Source of the DNA: Haliotis cracherodii
Taxonomy: Eukaryota
Reading direction: 5' to 3'
Assembly: GCF_022045235.1 (NCBI RefSeq)
Contig: NW_027266319.1
Coordinates: 1,364,001-1,428,000 of the forward strand
Length of the DNA: 64,000 nucleotides
Part shown: positions 39,159 to 52,590 of the stretch, in pieces
Position numbering within the stretch: the first letter of the stretch is position 1
How the letters are laid out: each line of letters opens with the position of its first letter
Made by a program: the position numbers and the translations under genes
The notes under the pieces: model-generated
Told to the model about the DNA's origin: nothing
Databases searched by the model: none
Seen by the model: only the letters and a program-made list of their open reading frames with translations

Positions 39159-39324
39159 CTGAAAATACCAAACGTTGCACACATCACTACTGTGTACGAT
39201 ATTGTCATTGGTCTTTCAATACAGCTGGACCTTTGCTGGAGGTAAATATCATTACAAGAAACATCCAGTTACTATTAAGTCATGTGCGGATGATGTGCAA
39301 TGCCCAATAAAAAGATGCACGTAC

Positions 39325-39423
39325 TCTCCAGGAATTTGGCGTGATTGTCCAGGTTGTTTCTGTATGCTGTCGGGAGCTTGCTGAACGCTGCATTGGTTGG
39401 CGCGAGGAGGGTCACTTGAGGCC
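39325..39423 (-). CDS. Fasciclin protein exon 4
   Basis: VTLLAPTNAAF is the FAS1 H1 motif; GT-AG, phase 1 to 1. Confidence 0.9.
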
Positions 39424-39709
39424 CTACAGGAAGAGACAAGGTCAGCAATACGTGTTTTATCATTGTATCTTAACATTTACGCATCTCCACACAACGGTAG
39501 GGGTTGTGCGATAAATCTCTTCTCCTCAAAGGATGATTTAGTTCAGTCAATAACGGAATGTGTTATATCAGCGTGGCTTATACTAATGATTACATACTTA
39601 TACTCTCAGAACAAGGAATGGGGCAAAGTCAAGGATTATTGTACACTTTGACAAGAAAACTATTCCAAACAGTGACACAATGTCTGAAAGAAGTAAGTTT
39701 GTTACTTAC

Positions 39710-40595
39710 TCTCGAGCTCGCTCCAGACGCCAGATTTCATCAAGTCCGCAATCAAGGTACTGTACTGACCATAGCCCTGGCTTAAAATATGAGTGATGCT
39801 GCCATGCGTCATGATGCCATGGGTACCGTTGCCTTGGGTACCGTTCCTATATTGAGTACAGTTGATACCCCAGAACCCGTTGAGGCATAATGTGCCGTTG
39901 CCATGGGTACCGTTTCCATGGGTACCGTTCCTATAGTGAGTACAGTTGATACCCCAGAACCCGTTGAGGCATAATGTGCCGTTGCCATGGGTACCGTTTC
40001 CATGGGTACCGTTCCTATAGTGAGTACAGTTGATACCCCAGAACCCGTTGAGGCATAATGTGCCGTTGCCATGGGTACCGTTTCCATGGGTACCGTTCCT
40101 ATAGTGAGTACAGTTGATACCCCAGAACCCGTTGAGGCATAATGTGCCGTTGCCATGGGTACCGTTTCCATGGGTACCGTTCCAATAGTGAGTACAGTTG
40201 ATACCCCAGAACCCGTTGAGGCATAATGTGCCGTTGCCATGGGTTCCGTTTCCATGAGTACCGTTCCCATGTTGAGTACAGTTGATACCTAAGAACCCGT
40301 TGCGACATAATCTGCCGCTGGCATGCACAATCGGCTGACTGACAATGTTTGTAATTTGTGTGTAGTTTCCATGGGTACCGTTGCCATGGGTACCGTTGCC
40401 ATGGATAGTACAGTTGACACCCCATGTGCCATTACGACACAAGACATATGCTTGACGGCGGACTTGTCCAGACGTGTTGTTAGTTTTGTTCACCAGTCCT
40501 GATCCCTCCAGTATGACCTTGCTCACAAGGAAGATGAACCCGTTCGAGGCTCGCTTGTTGAATTCAGTGATAGTGACGTTGTTCACAAGCACTGC
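39710..40595 (-). CDS. Fasciclin protein exon 3 (end of first FAS1, Cys/His/NGT repeat linker, start of second FAS1)
   Basis: ASNGFIFLVSKVI H2 motif followed by 84-nt/28-aa repeats; catgcag| acceptor and A|gtaagt donor; 886 nt open. Confidence 0.87.
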
Positions 40596-40734
40596 CTGCA
40601 TGAAGATAAAAGGACAGACGTGCTAGGCGTTATGCAACATCACCGTGGACGACATCTACATCACTCTAATGACATGGGCATTATCTGAAACTCAAGTCTT
40701 GTCAGGAGTGTGTTCTAAACAGCGTACACCTTCC

Positions 40735-41950
40735 CCTTTGTGGGGTTAAAGTACAGAAATCTACACGACAGCGTTTGTCGTTCTTCCTTACCTCGGTCTT
40801 AGTGGGGTTAAAGTACAGAAATCTACACGACAGCGTTTGTCGTGCTTCCCTATCTCGGTCTTAGTGGGGTTAAAGTACAGAAATATACACGACAGAGTTT
40901 GTCGTGCTTCCTTATCTCGGTCTTAGTGGGGTTAAAGTACAGAAATCTACACGTCGCGTTTGTCGATCTTCCTTACCTCTGTCTTAGTGGGGTTAAAGTA
41001 CAGAAATCTACACGTCGCGTTTGTCGATCTTCCTTACCTCTGTCTTAGTGGGGTTAAAGTACAGAAATCTACACGTCGCGTTTGTCGTTCTTCCTTACCT
41101 CGGTCTTAGTGGGGTTAAAGTACAGTTTATGCCTACCTTTTCTTAGTGTGGTTAAAGTAGAGGGATCTCAGCTACAGTGTGTGTCGTTCATGCCTACCTT
41201 TATCTTAGTGGGGTTGAAGTACAGGAATCTTGGCGACAGTGTGTGTCGTTCATGCCTACCTTTATCTTAGTGGGGTTGAAGTACAGGAATCTCGGCGACA
41301 GTGTGTGTCGTTCATGCCTTCCTTTATCTTAGTGGGGTTGAAGTACAGGAATCTCGGCGACAGTGTGTGTCGTTCATGCCTACCTTTATCTTAGTGGGGT
41401 TAAAGTACAGGAATCTCGGCGACAGTGTGTGTCGTTCATGCCTACCTTTATCTTAGTGGGGTTGAAGTACAGGAATCTCGGCGACAGTGTGTGTCGTTCA
41501 TGCCTACCTTTATCTTAGTGTGGTTAAAGTACAGGAATCTCGGCGACAGCGTGTGTCGTTCATGCCTACCTTTTTCTTAGTGGGGTTGAAGTACAGGAAT
41601 CTCGGCGACAGTGTGTGTCGTTCATGCCTACCTTTATCTTAGTGGGGTTGAAGTACAGGAATCTCGGCGACAGTGTGTGTCGTTCATGCCTTCCTTTATC
41701 TTAGTGGGGTTGAAGTACAGGAATCTCGGCGACATTGTGTGTCGTTCATGCCTTCCTTTATCTTAGTGGGGTTGAAGTACAGGAATCTCGGCGACAGTGT
41801 GTGTCGTTCATGCCTACCTTTATCTTAGTGTGGTTAAAGTACAGGAATCTCGGCGACAGTGTGTGTCGTTCATGCCTACCTTTATCTTAGTGTGGTTAAA
41901 GTACAGTTCATGCCTACCTTTATCTTAGTGTGGTTGAAGTACAGGAATCC
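40735..41950 (-). repeat. 62-bp tandem array of the fasciclin exon 2 3' end plus 5' splice site
   Basis: Units ...CTGTACTTCAACCCCACTAAGATAAAG|gtaggcatg copy the real junction; about 19 copies in two subtypes. Confidence 0.95.
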
Positions 41951-42120
41951 ACCCGACAGCGTCTTTAGTTTCTTGTTCCGGATCAGCTCGGATCTGTTGT
42001 AGGTTCCGTTGACTGAGTGGAAGAGGACAAGCTGTGCCAGCAGAGTCTTGTTGCGTGTGATGTTTTTAGACAGACCCTCGAAGGCCGCGTTGTCTGGCAC
42101 GAACAGGGTGAAGTTCCCGG
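41918..42120 (-). CDS. Fasciclin protein exon 2
   Basis: GNFTLFVPDNAAF H1 motif, LFH, LKTLSG; tttcag| acceptor and AAG|gtaggc donor. Confidence 0.9.
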
Positions 42121-42201
42121 CTGAAACAAGACGTAGCTGTTCAGAGTCTCTTGTCCAAGGTGCGAACGTTTCCATACAAACTGACTTGTGTTCTCCAAGA
42201 A

Positions 42202-42412
42202 CAAAACAACATCCATATCGCTATACAGGTAAACACACGCAACAAAACAACATCCATATCGCTATACAGATAAACACACGCAACAAAACAACATCCATAT
42301 CGCTATACAGATAAACACACGCAACAAAACAACATCCATATCGCTATACTGATAAACACACGCAACAAAACAACATCCATATCGCTATACAGATAAACAC
42401 ACGCAACAAAAC
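42202..42412. repeat. 41-bp tandem repeat, 5 copies
   Basis: caaaacaacatccatatcgctatacagataaacacacgcaa. Confidence 0.93.
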
Positions 42413-44741
42413 ACTTTCCGTAATCACAGGACATTGCCAGTGTCGGATACCGACTATATCATACGTATTTGTTATGAAACACTATCAAATAGTAATGATA
42501 CCAGGTGTTCCAGAAAGGGGAGCGTATCCTGTCACCCGTCACAAATACGTGCAAAGGCAAGTCAATTGTTCACTTTACAAAACAGGGAACATATGGTCCC
42601 AATAGCGAACTGCATCCGACATTTTGTTCCTGATGCGTCAAATTTGGAACTGTTATTCACATGCATGTCTAGCACATATATTTTTCAATGCGTTACTGAA
42701 GCCTTGAATGCTGCAACCCTGATACAGATACTTTTGAGCAAAAGTCGCGTGACCTTCTTTAAAATCTTAGGAGAAAGAGCATGCTCGATTGTAACTGTTA
42801 AGTTTTGAAATGTAGCTGAAGTCATGACACTCGTTACACAGTCTTGTGTGGGGAGTTGTTTGTCACTCTGAATCTGTATGTGTCACAGTCAATGTCAAAA
42901 TCAGGCTATATGTACATTGACTGATTCTCTCCGGCAATGTACATATTGACTGAGAAATGATACAGGGTTTTCGGTGGTACGAGAGGGGAGGCAATTCTGC
43001 TTGTCAAGTCGTGCAAGGTGGGCACATTCGAAACTTGTTGTAGATCGTATGTGCTACTTCCAAAAACCTGTACTGCGAACATCTATGTTGTCATTTTAAA
43101 GCAAGTTTCTGACTTTTAATTGGATCAGACTTATAAACTATAGTTGAACTCGCATAACTAGATCGTGGACTCATCAATATTCATATTAATAATATCGAAA
43201 AGTGTGAGGTCTGTGGTCAGAGCCTTGTCTCATGTCCGAGTTCCTTCCAAGTGTAGACATCATGTTCAGGTTCATACAGCCCACTACTGTTGTAAGTGAT
43301 TCATGTGTTACAGTGGGAAAAACAGACTGAGTGCTATTACCTCTCGACATGTAATTTGATGTACGTTTCTTGTTTTGTATTATTCTTGCAAAAGTAAGAG
43401 TGATCAGCTAGTGACGTCAGCCTCATTGAATGTGTATACCTATCGTGGAGGTCACGTCCAACTAAATGGTTCATACATACGTTTCCCACCAATATAGCAA
43501 TATATTCCTGCAAACTAATTACAAATGTGGGCCCACTAAGTCAATCCAATGAAGCTTAGCTATTTACAAATATGGGCCCAACTGTTTCGATCACTACATA
43601 TGACAGAAAATGGTTATCAGAGAGTCAACCTCATAAACCTTCGAGATTTGTAAATGTTGTTTCTCCTGCTCTAATCGCCAAGACGGAAATAAGTCGGCCC
43701 AATTTCAGAAATTTATTTTCAGCGCTAAGCCAAACCTAATGAAGCTTGACGAGATGCAAACGTTACGTTCTGTATTTTCTCGCCACTTCAGTTATATATT
43801 TTCTCGTAATTGTGATTTTCTTTTCCTTGTTATATTATGCTTATTTCAAAAATAGGAAATTTTGAATGTTTTCGATTACTTTTTCGTAATTTCGATTATT
43901 TTGTCGTTATTTGAAGATTATTTATAATTTAAATAGCAGCAAAATAAACGAAAAACTGAGAAAAAATATAAAATATCGAGGGTTTTTTAAATAAACTTGA
44001 AAAAACAAATAAACAATTTCTCATTATTCCAGTATTTTCCTGAAAGTTCGTGGTTTTTCACAGTTCGCTTAAAAAAATACTTGCCTTCAAAATTGTGTAC
44101 TTATATTTTCGATGATGCATCTTGTATTTACTTATCGGATTGTAAACCTCGAGAGGGAACGAATGTTTTGTCCGCCGTCGCTCAGCGTAATGGCGGATAA
44201 AAAATCTTTACCGGTCCGGTTTCCAACTCGATAAGTAAATATATTGTTGAACGACTTGTGTCTGAAGACAAGTGTTTTATGACGTGAGAATCATGTTGCA
44301 TTTGCCGTTAGATCATAACGCATGCACTTTGCTGAAGTATAATGCAGATGCAGATTTGGATCGGGGATCTATTTGGAAAACACAATGGGACAACCGGTAG
44401 CTCTGTGTAGTGATAAGTCAAAATCAAAATGTGTTTAGGGAGCAGCACGGTTACAACAGCAATTTTTTTCCAATGCTATCGAGATTTGTGTTAATTAGTA
44501 TTGGGGATTCGAGAATCAGAGTAAAACATTAGATGATGTTCGGGAGGCGGTTGACAACCTCACAATTGGTGTCCATGGGGATTCCTAATTCTTGCCTCAA
44601 TGTTCTATACCCTACATCTAATTCAGACCGTATGATTGTCAGTACTTTATCGTCTACGTTACATTGACAAAAGTAAAACTACAATGGTCAGCCTCAAGAA
44701 CCACTCTGTAACAACCTGCCTACAACCATGCATTGACGTAC

Positions 44742-44916
44742 CCTTCCTTGTGAAGTTAGCTGTCAGGTTGGCTTCGTGAACGAAGTGGGCGAACTTCGTC
44801 GCCCCCAGGCTGCGGGCAAGAGGGATGAGTTGCTCCAGTTTTTCTCGGCGGAAGGGAAGAGACATCACCACCCCGAGCACCGTGGCCGCCACTAAGCTGA
44901 GGAGAAGGGACTTCAT
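44742..44916 (-). CDS. Fasciclin protein exon 1 (signal peptide)
   Basis: MKSLLLSLVAATVLGVVMS hydrophobic leader, LGATKFAHFVHEANL FAS1 start; G|gtacgt phase 1 matches exon 2; total CDS 1587 nt. Confidence 0.85.
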
Positions 44917-44953
44917 TCTGCAGGAGTAACTATCAGGACAGATCCAGAGCAGC

Positions 44954-44960
44954 CTTTATA
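44954..44960 (-). promoter_or_regulatory. Candidate TATA box (TATAAAG) of the fasciclin gene
   Basis: About 40 nt upstream of the ATG; an upstream exon using ctgcag| is also possible. Confidence 0.45.
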
Positions 44961-45429
44961 TTGACGAGAATTTTTTTTTATCTAACGTTGGTTTTCTTTT
45001 CTTCTGGTGTAATTCGCAGAGACAATCACGTGATTGATAAGACACGGTATATAAAGGTAGGACGTATATTTAGACTTATTATTTTCATGTGCTGAACTCA
45101 TGTTAGATACATAGATATGGAAAATTTAGAACTTAGGAATAGAAATACGAAAAGGCAAGTTAATACACTGAAAATCTCGTTCTTATTCATACAGACCCTG
45201 GTCGCACCACATGACGACGCGTAGTGTGTCTTGACCAAACCAATGATAGGTGCAAAGTTTCCACATATTGAACAAAATAATTCTTTACATGAAGATGGTA
45301 ATGGTAAAGCTAATTTATTAAATAACTACTTTGGGGGATGGCGGCGGTTGAAAATCCAACGTATGAATATATATGTGACTCCTCTAAAACTAATTAAAAT
45401 TGTATAAGCTTACAAACATCAAATTAGAG

Positions 45430-46400
45430 CTATCTTTCTGTTATGTGGTACAATTGATTGAGGACAAGCTACCGTTGTTTAATAGATCTGTATTTAACAT
45501 GTCTTTATCAAATTCCATCTTTCCTGATGGGTGGGAGGTTTCTCCTATAGCCGAAACATAAATGGAACGAAGTTCATGATTGCAAAACAACAGACCTGTA
45601 GCCCTTCCTCGTTGATTGTCCCAAGTGTTTGAGACGTGTTTTAGACAAGAATGGACTGTCATCTTAAATGGGGCAACAATAACGTCATTGCAATCTGGAT
45701 TTACAGAGGGGGGTTCAACATCATATCAAGTTACTGCTTTGTATAATTTTATAGCAAAGACATTTGATAGTAGTAAACAATTTAGAGCAGACTTTTGTAA
45801 TATAAGTAAAGCATTCGATAGAGTTTGGCATAAGGGATTATTGCATAAATTGAGAGTATGTGGAATAAGGGGTTATTGCATAAATTGAGAGTATGTGGAA
45901 TAAGGGATTATTGCATAAATTGAGAGTATGTGGCATAAGGGATTATTACATAAATTGAGAGTATGTTGAATAAAGGATTATTGCATAAATTGAGAGTATT
46001 TGGAATAAGGGGTTCTCTTACATCATGGTTTGGAAGTGGCTGAAACAATAGAAGACAGTGTACTGTAATAAATGGCTACAAGTCCGGTGTTTAACCAATT
46101 CTTGATGGAGCTCATCCAGGGTCGGTTTTAGGACAATTATTATTTTTGGTATTAATATATGACATAGTTGATGATATTAAGTGTAATATCAAATTATTTG
46201 CGGACGACACTTCGTTTTTATTGATTATCCTTTACCATCGAGTATATATCTAAGTGACGATTTACAAATGATAGATAACTGGGCCAAAATTTGGAAAGTA
46301 TAGTTTTAACCAAATAAAACAGAATCAATTCTAGATTTCTAGAAAAGAGCCGAAACTGCCTTTCCTGACCTTTTAAAGAATAACTGTTTTTTTCCCGATG
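45430..46400 (+). mobile_element. CR1/L2-like LINE reverse transcriptase fragment (decayed)
   Basis: QSGF..GGST, ISKAFDRVWHKGLLHKL, GSVLG, KLFADDTS motifs with frameshifts. Confidence 0.85.
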
Positions 46401-46811
46401 TTAGATAAGGAGTCAGTGGAGGTGGTTCCCATGTCAGATAAACAGAGGGTGGAGACGGTTCTGATAGATTATAACCCTGTCTAATGGCTGCTGTTTACCT
46501 GTTTAAAAGATTAGACGAAGCGGGTTGATACCTTCTGATATGAGATAAAGATAGCTTCTCACTGCCTTTTTATCAGGTGAATACTGAGTAAGGACATAGA
46601 GTTAATATTTATATATACATGTTGATATGTTTTCACAAGGTAGGATTAATGTACAAAGATAACAATATAATGAAGACGCCAATGAGATTCACAGGAGAGA
46701 AGCAAATTACAATGACGGTGATTTGGTTGGTTGGTTGGTTTGTTGTTTAACGCCGCACTCAACAATATTCCAGCTATATGACGGCGGTCTGTAAATAATC
46801 GAGTCTGGACC

Positions 46812-46889
46812 GACGTTTCGGTATAGATCCTTATACCGTTGTCAAGCAAGACTGTGACAATGGTATAAGGATCTATACCGAAACGTCGC
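46812..46889. ncRNA. Head-to-head pair of minimal hammerhead-like ribozymes (Penelope-type)
   Basis: - strand TTGACAA-C-GGTATA aggatc TATACC-GAAACGTC; + strand GTGACAA-T-GGTATA aggatc TATACC-GAAACGTC. Confidence 0.65.
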
Positions 46890-48185
46890 TTTTGTTATCC
46901 ATAACTTGTGTCTACTTAGTGGTAGCCTCTTTATCATATAATATCATTCTTTAATTCTGTGTTGGAAAATCGCTTTCCCTCTCTCACAATCATTACCTAA
47001 ACATTGCGAGTTTTCCTGGAATGCGCGCATTAATATTTATTACGTCACAGGGTAAATGATGTGTCAGTCGGACAGTGACAGTAGCCAATATAGTTCCAGC
47101 TGAAATCTGTTTCTTATACACTGGTGAAGCAACATATACCTAGTCCGCTAGAGTAAGTGCCCTTGGTCAAAGGGAAGCTACTCTAATCCTAGTCTTTGAG
47201 ACGTCACGGTCACGTTCAGACGTTGTTGACAGTAAGCCTGTCCTATCATAACGTTTAGAAGTGCAATCAGATGTACACAAAGCGACAAAAGGAAACGATG
47301 TTACAATTCAAACATATTTCGGCCAAATCCAACTATTCTAATTTGTGGAAAAGGTTTCAAGCCGCAGAGGTCTACAAGCACAGATATGGCTACTGATCCC
47401 GCTTGGCTAGGCCTATAGTGCCCTCGCAAAATTGTTTCGAAATTTAGGCCTATATCTCCAAAGTTGCCCAAACTTATAAAATATTGTTTTTTTCCGTTGG
47501 CTAGATCCTAGACAAGATCGTCTCATTACATTGTTTTCACTAGGTTCAAATCTGCTCCTCTTACAAAAGAGAATTCCGTACAATAACAAGAAGTCGGATT
47601 TGAACATGTACCGACTCTATGATTTGTTTGTTTTTCAACGCTGCACTCAACGAGTCTATATAACGACGGTTTGTAAATAATCGAATCTGGACGTGACAAT
47701 CCAGTGATTGACATCATGATCATCGATCTACGCAATTGGGATACGATGACATGCATCAATCAAGTCAGATCACCCGATCCCGTAGGTCGCCTCTCACGAC
47801 AAACACGGTCGCTTTATACGGCAAGCATGGATTGCTGAAGACCTATTCCAGAATTAAAGGCTACAAACCCTTTCCACATTCATAAGAAATCTCTGCCAAA
47901 AACAGTCAGACTATATCATGAGCATGTGTTTATGAATCACTATCAAAGAGTGATGATAAAGGGTATTCGCGAAAAGGTGACCGTATCCTGCCCCACACAA
48001 ACACATGCAAAGGCAAGTCAATTGTTCGTCTTTAATAAAACACGGGGACTTAAGACATGAGTCAAAATAGAGAATAAGCAAGGCGTCCTGTGAAGTGTGG
48101 CCGACCATTTGATATTCTGGTCTGGATGTGTGTGTGTGGTGGTGAATTTGTATTGATACCAGAAAGCCATACAACCAACTACATA

Positions 48186-49102
48186 TACTCAACAACAAAA
48201 GTTCCTGTGACACCAATATTTTAGTGTATTTTTTCAAACAAGTAAAGTTTGGTTTTCAATATTGAAGTACATGTATGGAATCAAGTCACAAAAACGCAAC
48301 TGCTACAGAAAAGCATGCATTCCATGCAAAAGATGACTTTTATTCAAGCCCTATGCATTTCACTACCCAAGAATGGGTATAAAAACATGTGCATTTACGG
48401 GATTCCATATGCATTGTTACGTCAATCATTGTGTCATGGAAGAAGATCGGTTCTGGGGCAGCAGCGTTATGGCATGGGGTGGGATTACAGCAAGACAGAG
48501 GACCCGTTTGGTAGAGGAAAAGGACAGCGTTACCGCGACGAGATCATCGGCCCTGTTGTTCTACCGTTTTTGCGTCGTCATGGCCCAGGCACTACCTTTC
48601 AACATGACAACGCCCGGCCTCATATTGTTCGACTTTCTCTTCAACAAAACAACGTGAATGTCATCCCCTGGCCGACTCGCTCTCCTGATCTCTCACCAAT
48701 CGAGCACATGTGGGATGAGATTTGATCGGCGCCTTCGACGTCAACCACGTGTTCCACAGACACTCCAGGAACTTCGAAAGATGCTCCAGCAGATATGGAC
48801 AGATATCCCACAGGAATTTGTGCGCCGCCTGGTCCATTCCATGAGACGAAGATGTGTTGCTTGCATCGCAACCAGAGGTGGACACACACGCTATTGATTT
48901 GTAAATTGACATTTTGGCATGTTCATGGTTTTTTTTAATGAAATCACGCATTTTCTGAAGTCAGTATGGCAAATGAAACCATTTGAACACTTACAGGAGT
49001 CTTTTATCTGTTGAAAACCGAAATTGTTTCAGATTTGGTAAAAAAACTCATAACTTTGCATTAAATCTTATTCAATGTCACAGGAACTTTTGTTGTTCAG
49101 TA
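48186..49102 (+). mobile_element. Internally deleted Tc1-like transposon with TIRs
   Basis: TIRs (ta)ctcaacaacaaaagttcctgtgaca / tgtcacaggaacttttgttgttcag(ta); SVMAWGGI, FQHDNARPH and WPTRSPDLSPIEHMWD motifs. Confidence 0.9.
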
Positions 49103-49664
49103 TATATATTCACGCTACCAACCAACGAAATGAACCCTTTGAAACCTTGTTAAAAGCAAGCTGGTTGACGGATGGGCCCCCAGGTGTACTGGCCAAGTGT
49201 ATTTGGATGATGCATGTGCTGTCATGTGTATTTGGATGATGCATGTACTGTGTGGTGAGTTGTCTTCAATAATCACATCATGTAGTTTATGAACATTTTC
49301 TTGACGGTCTTCCTAATCTTGATAATCTTCCAGGCTCTCTTCCCCTACGCTGCCCACTCTTAACAGTGCCAAGGGAAGGATACCTAAAGTTGACACCATG
49401 TCCGAAAGATGGCTGTCGGGAGATACTTGATGACCGCCACGTTTTGTTCACTTACAACACAGAATACCTTGTCACTTTGATGCCTGCAGAAACATGTTGC
49501 CTAATTGTGTATTTTGTTCAAATGCTGTCTGTAGGCATTGAAAGTATAGTACTTAATACATGCAAACTGTTAAGGGTGTTCTTTACATGCTTTGTAGCGT
49601 GATCAATTTCTCCGGGCGATACTCCGGTGTAGACAGTCAACATCTGTACTTCATCATACAGCAG

Positions 49665-52590
49665 ATGATCTCCAGACAGATGTCTTACACTCCCTCCCAC
49701 GCCCCTGACAGATGTCTCCCACGCCCCAGACAGATGTCTCACACTCGCCAGACAGATGTCTCACACTCACCAGACAGATGTCTCACACTCACCAGACAGA
49801 TGTCTCACACTCACCAGACAGATGTATCACACTCCCTCACACTCACCAGACAGATGTCTCACACTCCCTCACGCTCTTGACAGATGTCTCACACTCCCTC
49901 ACACTCACCAGACAGATGTCTCACACTCCCTCACACTCACCAGACAGATGTCCCCCACTCCCTCACACTCACCAGACAGATGTCTCACACTCAGCAGACA
50001 GATGTCTCACACTCAGCAGACAGATGTCTCACACTCACCAGACAGATGTCTCACACTCAACAGACAGATGTCTCTTACTCACCAGACAGATGTCTCACAC
50101 TCACCAGACAGATGTCTCACACTCACCAGACAGATGTCTCACACTCATCAGACAGATGTATCACACTCCCTCACACTCACCAGACAGATGTCTCACACTC
50201 CCTCACACTCTTGACAGATGTCTCACACTCCCTCACACTCACCAGACAGATGTCTCACACTCATCAGACAGATGTATCACACTCCCTCACACTCACCAGA
50301 CAGATGTCTCACACTCCCTCACACTCTTGACAGATGTCTCACGCTCCCTCACACTCACCAGACAGATGTCTCACACTCATCAGACAGATGTATCACACTC
50401 CCTCACACTCACCAGACAGATGTCTCACGCTCCCTCACACTCACCAGACAGATGTCCCCCACTCCCTCACACTCACCAGACAGATGTCTCACACTCATCA
50501 GACAGATGTATCACACTCCCTCACACTCACCAGACAGATGTCTCACGCTCCCTCACACTCACCAGACAGATGTCTCACACTCATCAGACAGATGTATCAC
50601 ACTACCTCACACTCACCAGACAGATGTCTCACGCTCCCTCACACTCACCAGACAGATGTCCCCCACTCCCTCACACTCACCAGACAGATGTCTCACACTC
50701 ATCAGACAGATGTATCACACTCCCTCACACTCACCAGACAGATGTCTCACACTCACCAGACAGATGTCTCACTCTCCCTCACACTCACCAGACAGATGTC
50801 TCACACTCACCAGACAGATGTATCACACTCCCTCACACTCACCAGACAGATGTATCACACTCCCTCACGCTCACCAGACAGATGTCTCACACTCCCTCAC
50901 ACTCTTGACAGATGTCTCACACTCCCTCACACTCACCAGAGAGATGTCTCACACTCATCAGACAGATGTATCACACTCCCTCACACTCACCAGACAGATG
51001 TCTCACGCTCCCTCACACTCACCAGACAGATGTCTCACACTCCCTCACACTCACCAGACAGATGTCTCACACTCACCAGACAGATGTATCACACTCCCTC
51101 ACACTCACCAGACAGATGTCTCACACTCCCTCACGCTCTTGACAGATGTCTCACACTCCCTCACACTCACCAGACAGATGTCTCACACTCATCAGACAGA
51201 TGTATCACACTCCCTCACACTCACCAGACAGATGTCTCACACTCCCTCACACTCACCAGACAGATGTCCCCCACTCCCTCATACTCACCAGACAGATGTC
51301 TCACACTCACCGGACAGATGTCTCACACTCACCAGACAGATGTCTCACGCTCACCAGACAGATGTCTCACTCACCAGACAAATGTCTCACACTCACCAGA
51401 CAGATGTCTCACACTCACCGGACAGATGTCTCACACTCACCAGACAGATGTCTCACGCTCACCGGACAGATGTCTCACTCGCCAGACAAATGTCTCACAC
51501 TCACCAGACAGATGTCTCACGCTCACCAGACAGATGTCTCACACTCCCTCACACTCACCAGACAGATGTCTCACACTCACCAGACAGATGTCTCACACTC
51601 CCTCACACTCACCAGACAGATGTCCCCCACTCCCTCATACTCACCAGACAGATGTCTCACACTCACCGGACAGATGTCTCACACTCACCAGACAGATGTC
51701 TCACGCTCACCAGACAGATGTCTCACTCACCAGACAAATGTCTCACACTCACCAGACAGATGTCTCACACTCACCGGACAGATGTCTCACACTCACCAGA
51801 CAGATGTCTCACGCTCACCGGACAGATGTCTCACTCGCCAGACAAATGTCTCACACTCACCAGACAGATGTCTCACGCTCACCAGACAGATGTCTCACAC
51901 TCCCTCACACTCACCAGACAGATGTCTCACACTCACCAGACAGATGTCTCACACTCACCAGACAGATGTCTCACACTCCCTCACACTCACCAGACAGATG
52001 TCTCACACTCACCAGACAGATGTATCACACTCCCTCACACTCACCAGACAGATGTCTCACACTCCCTCACGCTCTTGACAGATGTCTCACACTCACCAGA
52101 CAGATGTCTCACACTCCCTCACACTCACCAGACAGTTGTCCTCCACTCCCTCACACTCACCAGACAGATGTCTCACACTCACCAGACAGATGTCTCACAC
52201 TCACCAGACAGATGTATCACACTCCCTCACACTCACCAGACAGATGTCTCACACTCCCTCACGCTCTTGACAGATGTCTCACACTCACCAGACAGATGTC
52301 TCACACTCACCAGACAGATGTCTCACACTCACCAGACAGATGTCTCACGCTCCCTCACACTCACCAGACAGATGTATCACACTCCCTCACACTCACCAGA
52401 CAGATGTCTCACACTCCCTCACACTCTTGACAGATGTCTCACGCTCCCTCACACTCACCAGACAGATGTCTCACACTACCTCACACTCACCAGACAGATG
52501 TCTCACACTCCCTCACGCTCTTGACAGATGTCTCACGCTCCCTCACACTCACCAGACAGATGTCTCACACTCCCATGCTCTAGACAGCTG
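49665..52590. repeat. Complex minisatellite (cagacagatgtctcacactcac plus actccctcac variants), about 2.9 kb
   Basis: Direct inspection; produces spurious long ORFs in all three + frames. Confidence 0.95.

Noticed and set aside
39809-40425. Alternative-frame ORFs in the FAS1 repeat exon
   Set aside because: Arise because the 84-nt unit is a multiple of 3; only the FAS1 frame has matching splice phases.
40735-41950. CRISPR-like regular repeats
   Set aside because: No unique spacers, no cas genes, eukaryotic intron context.
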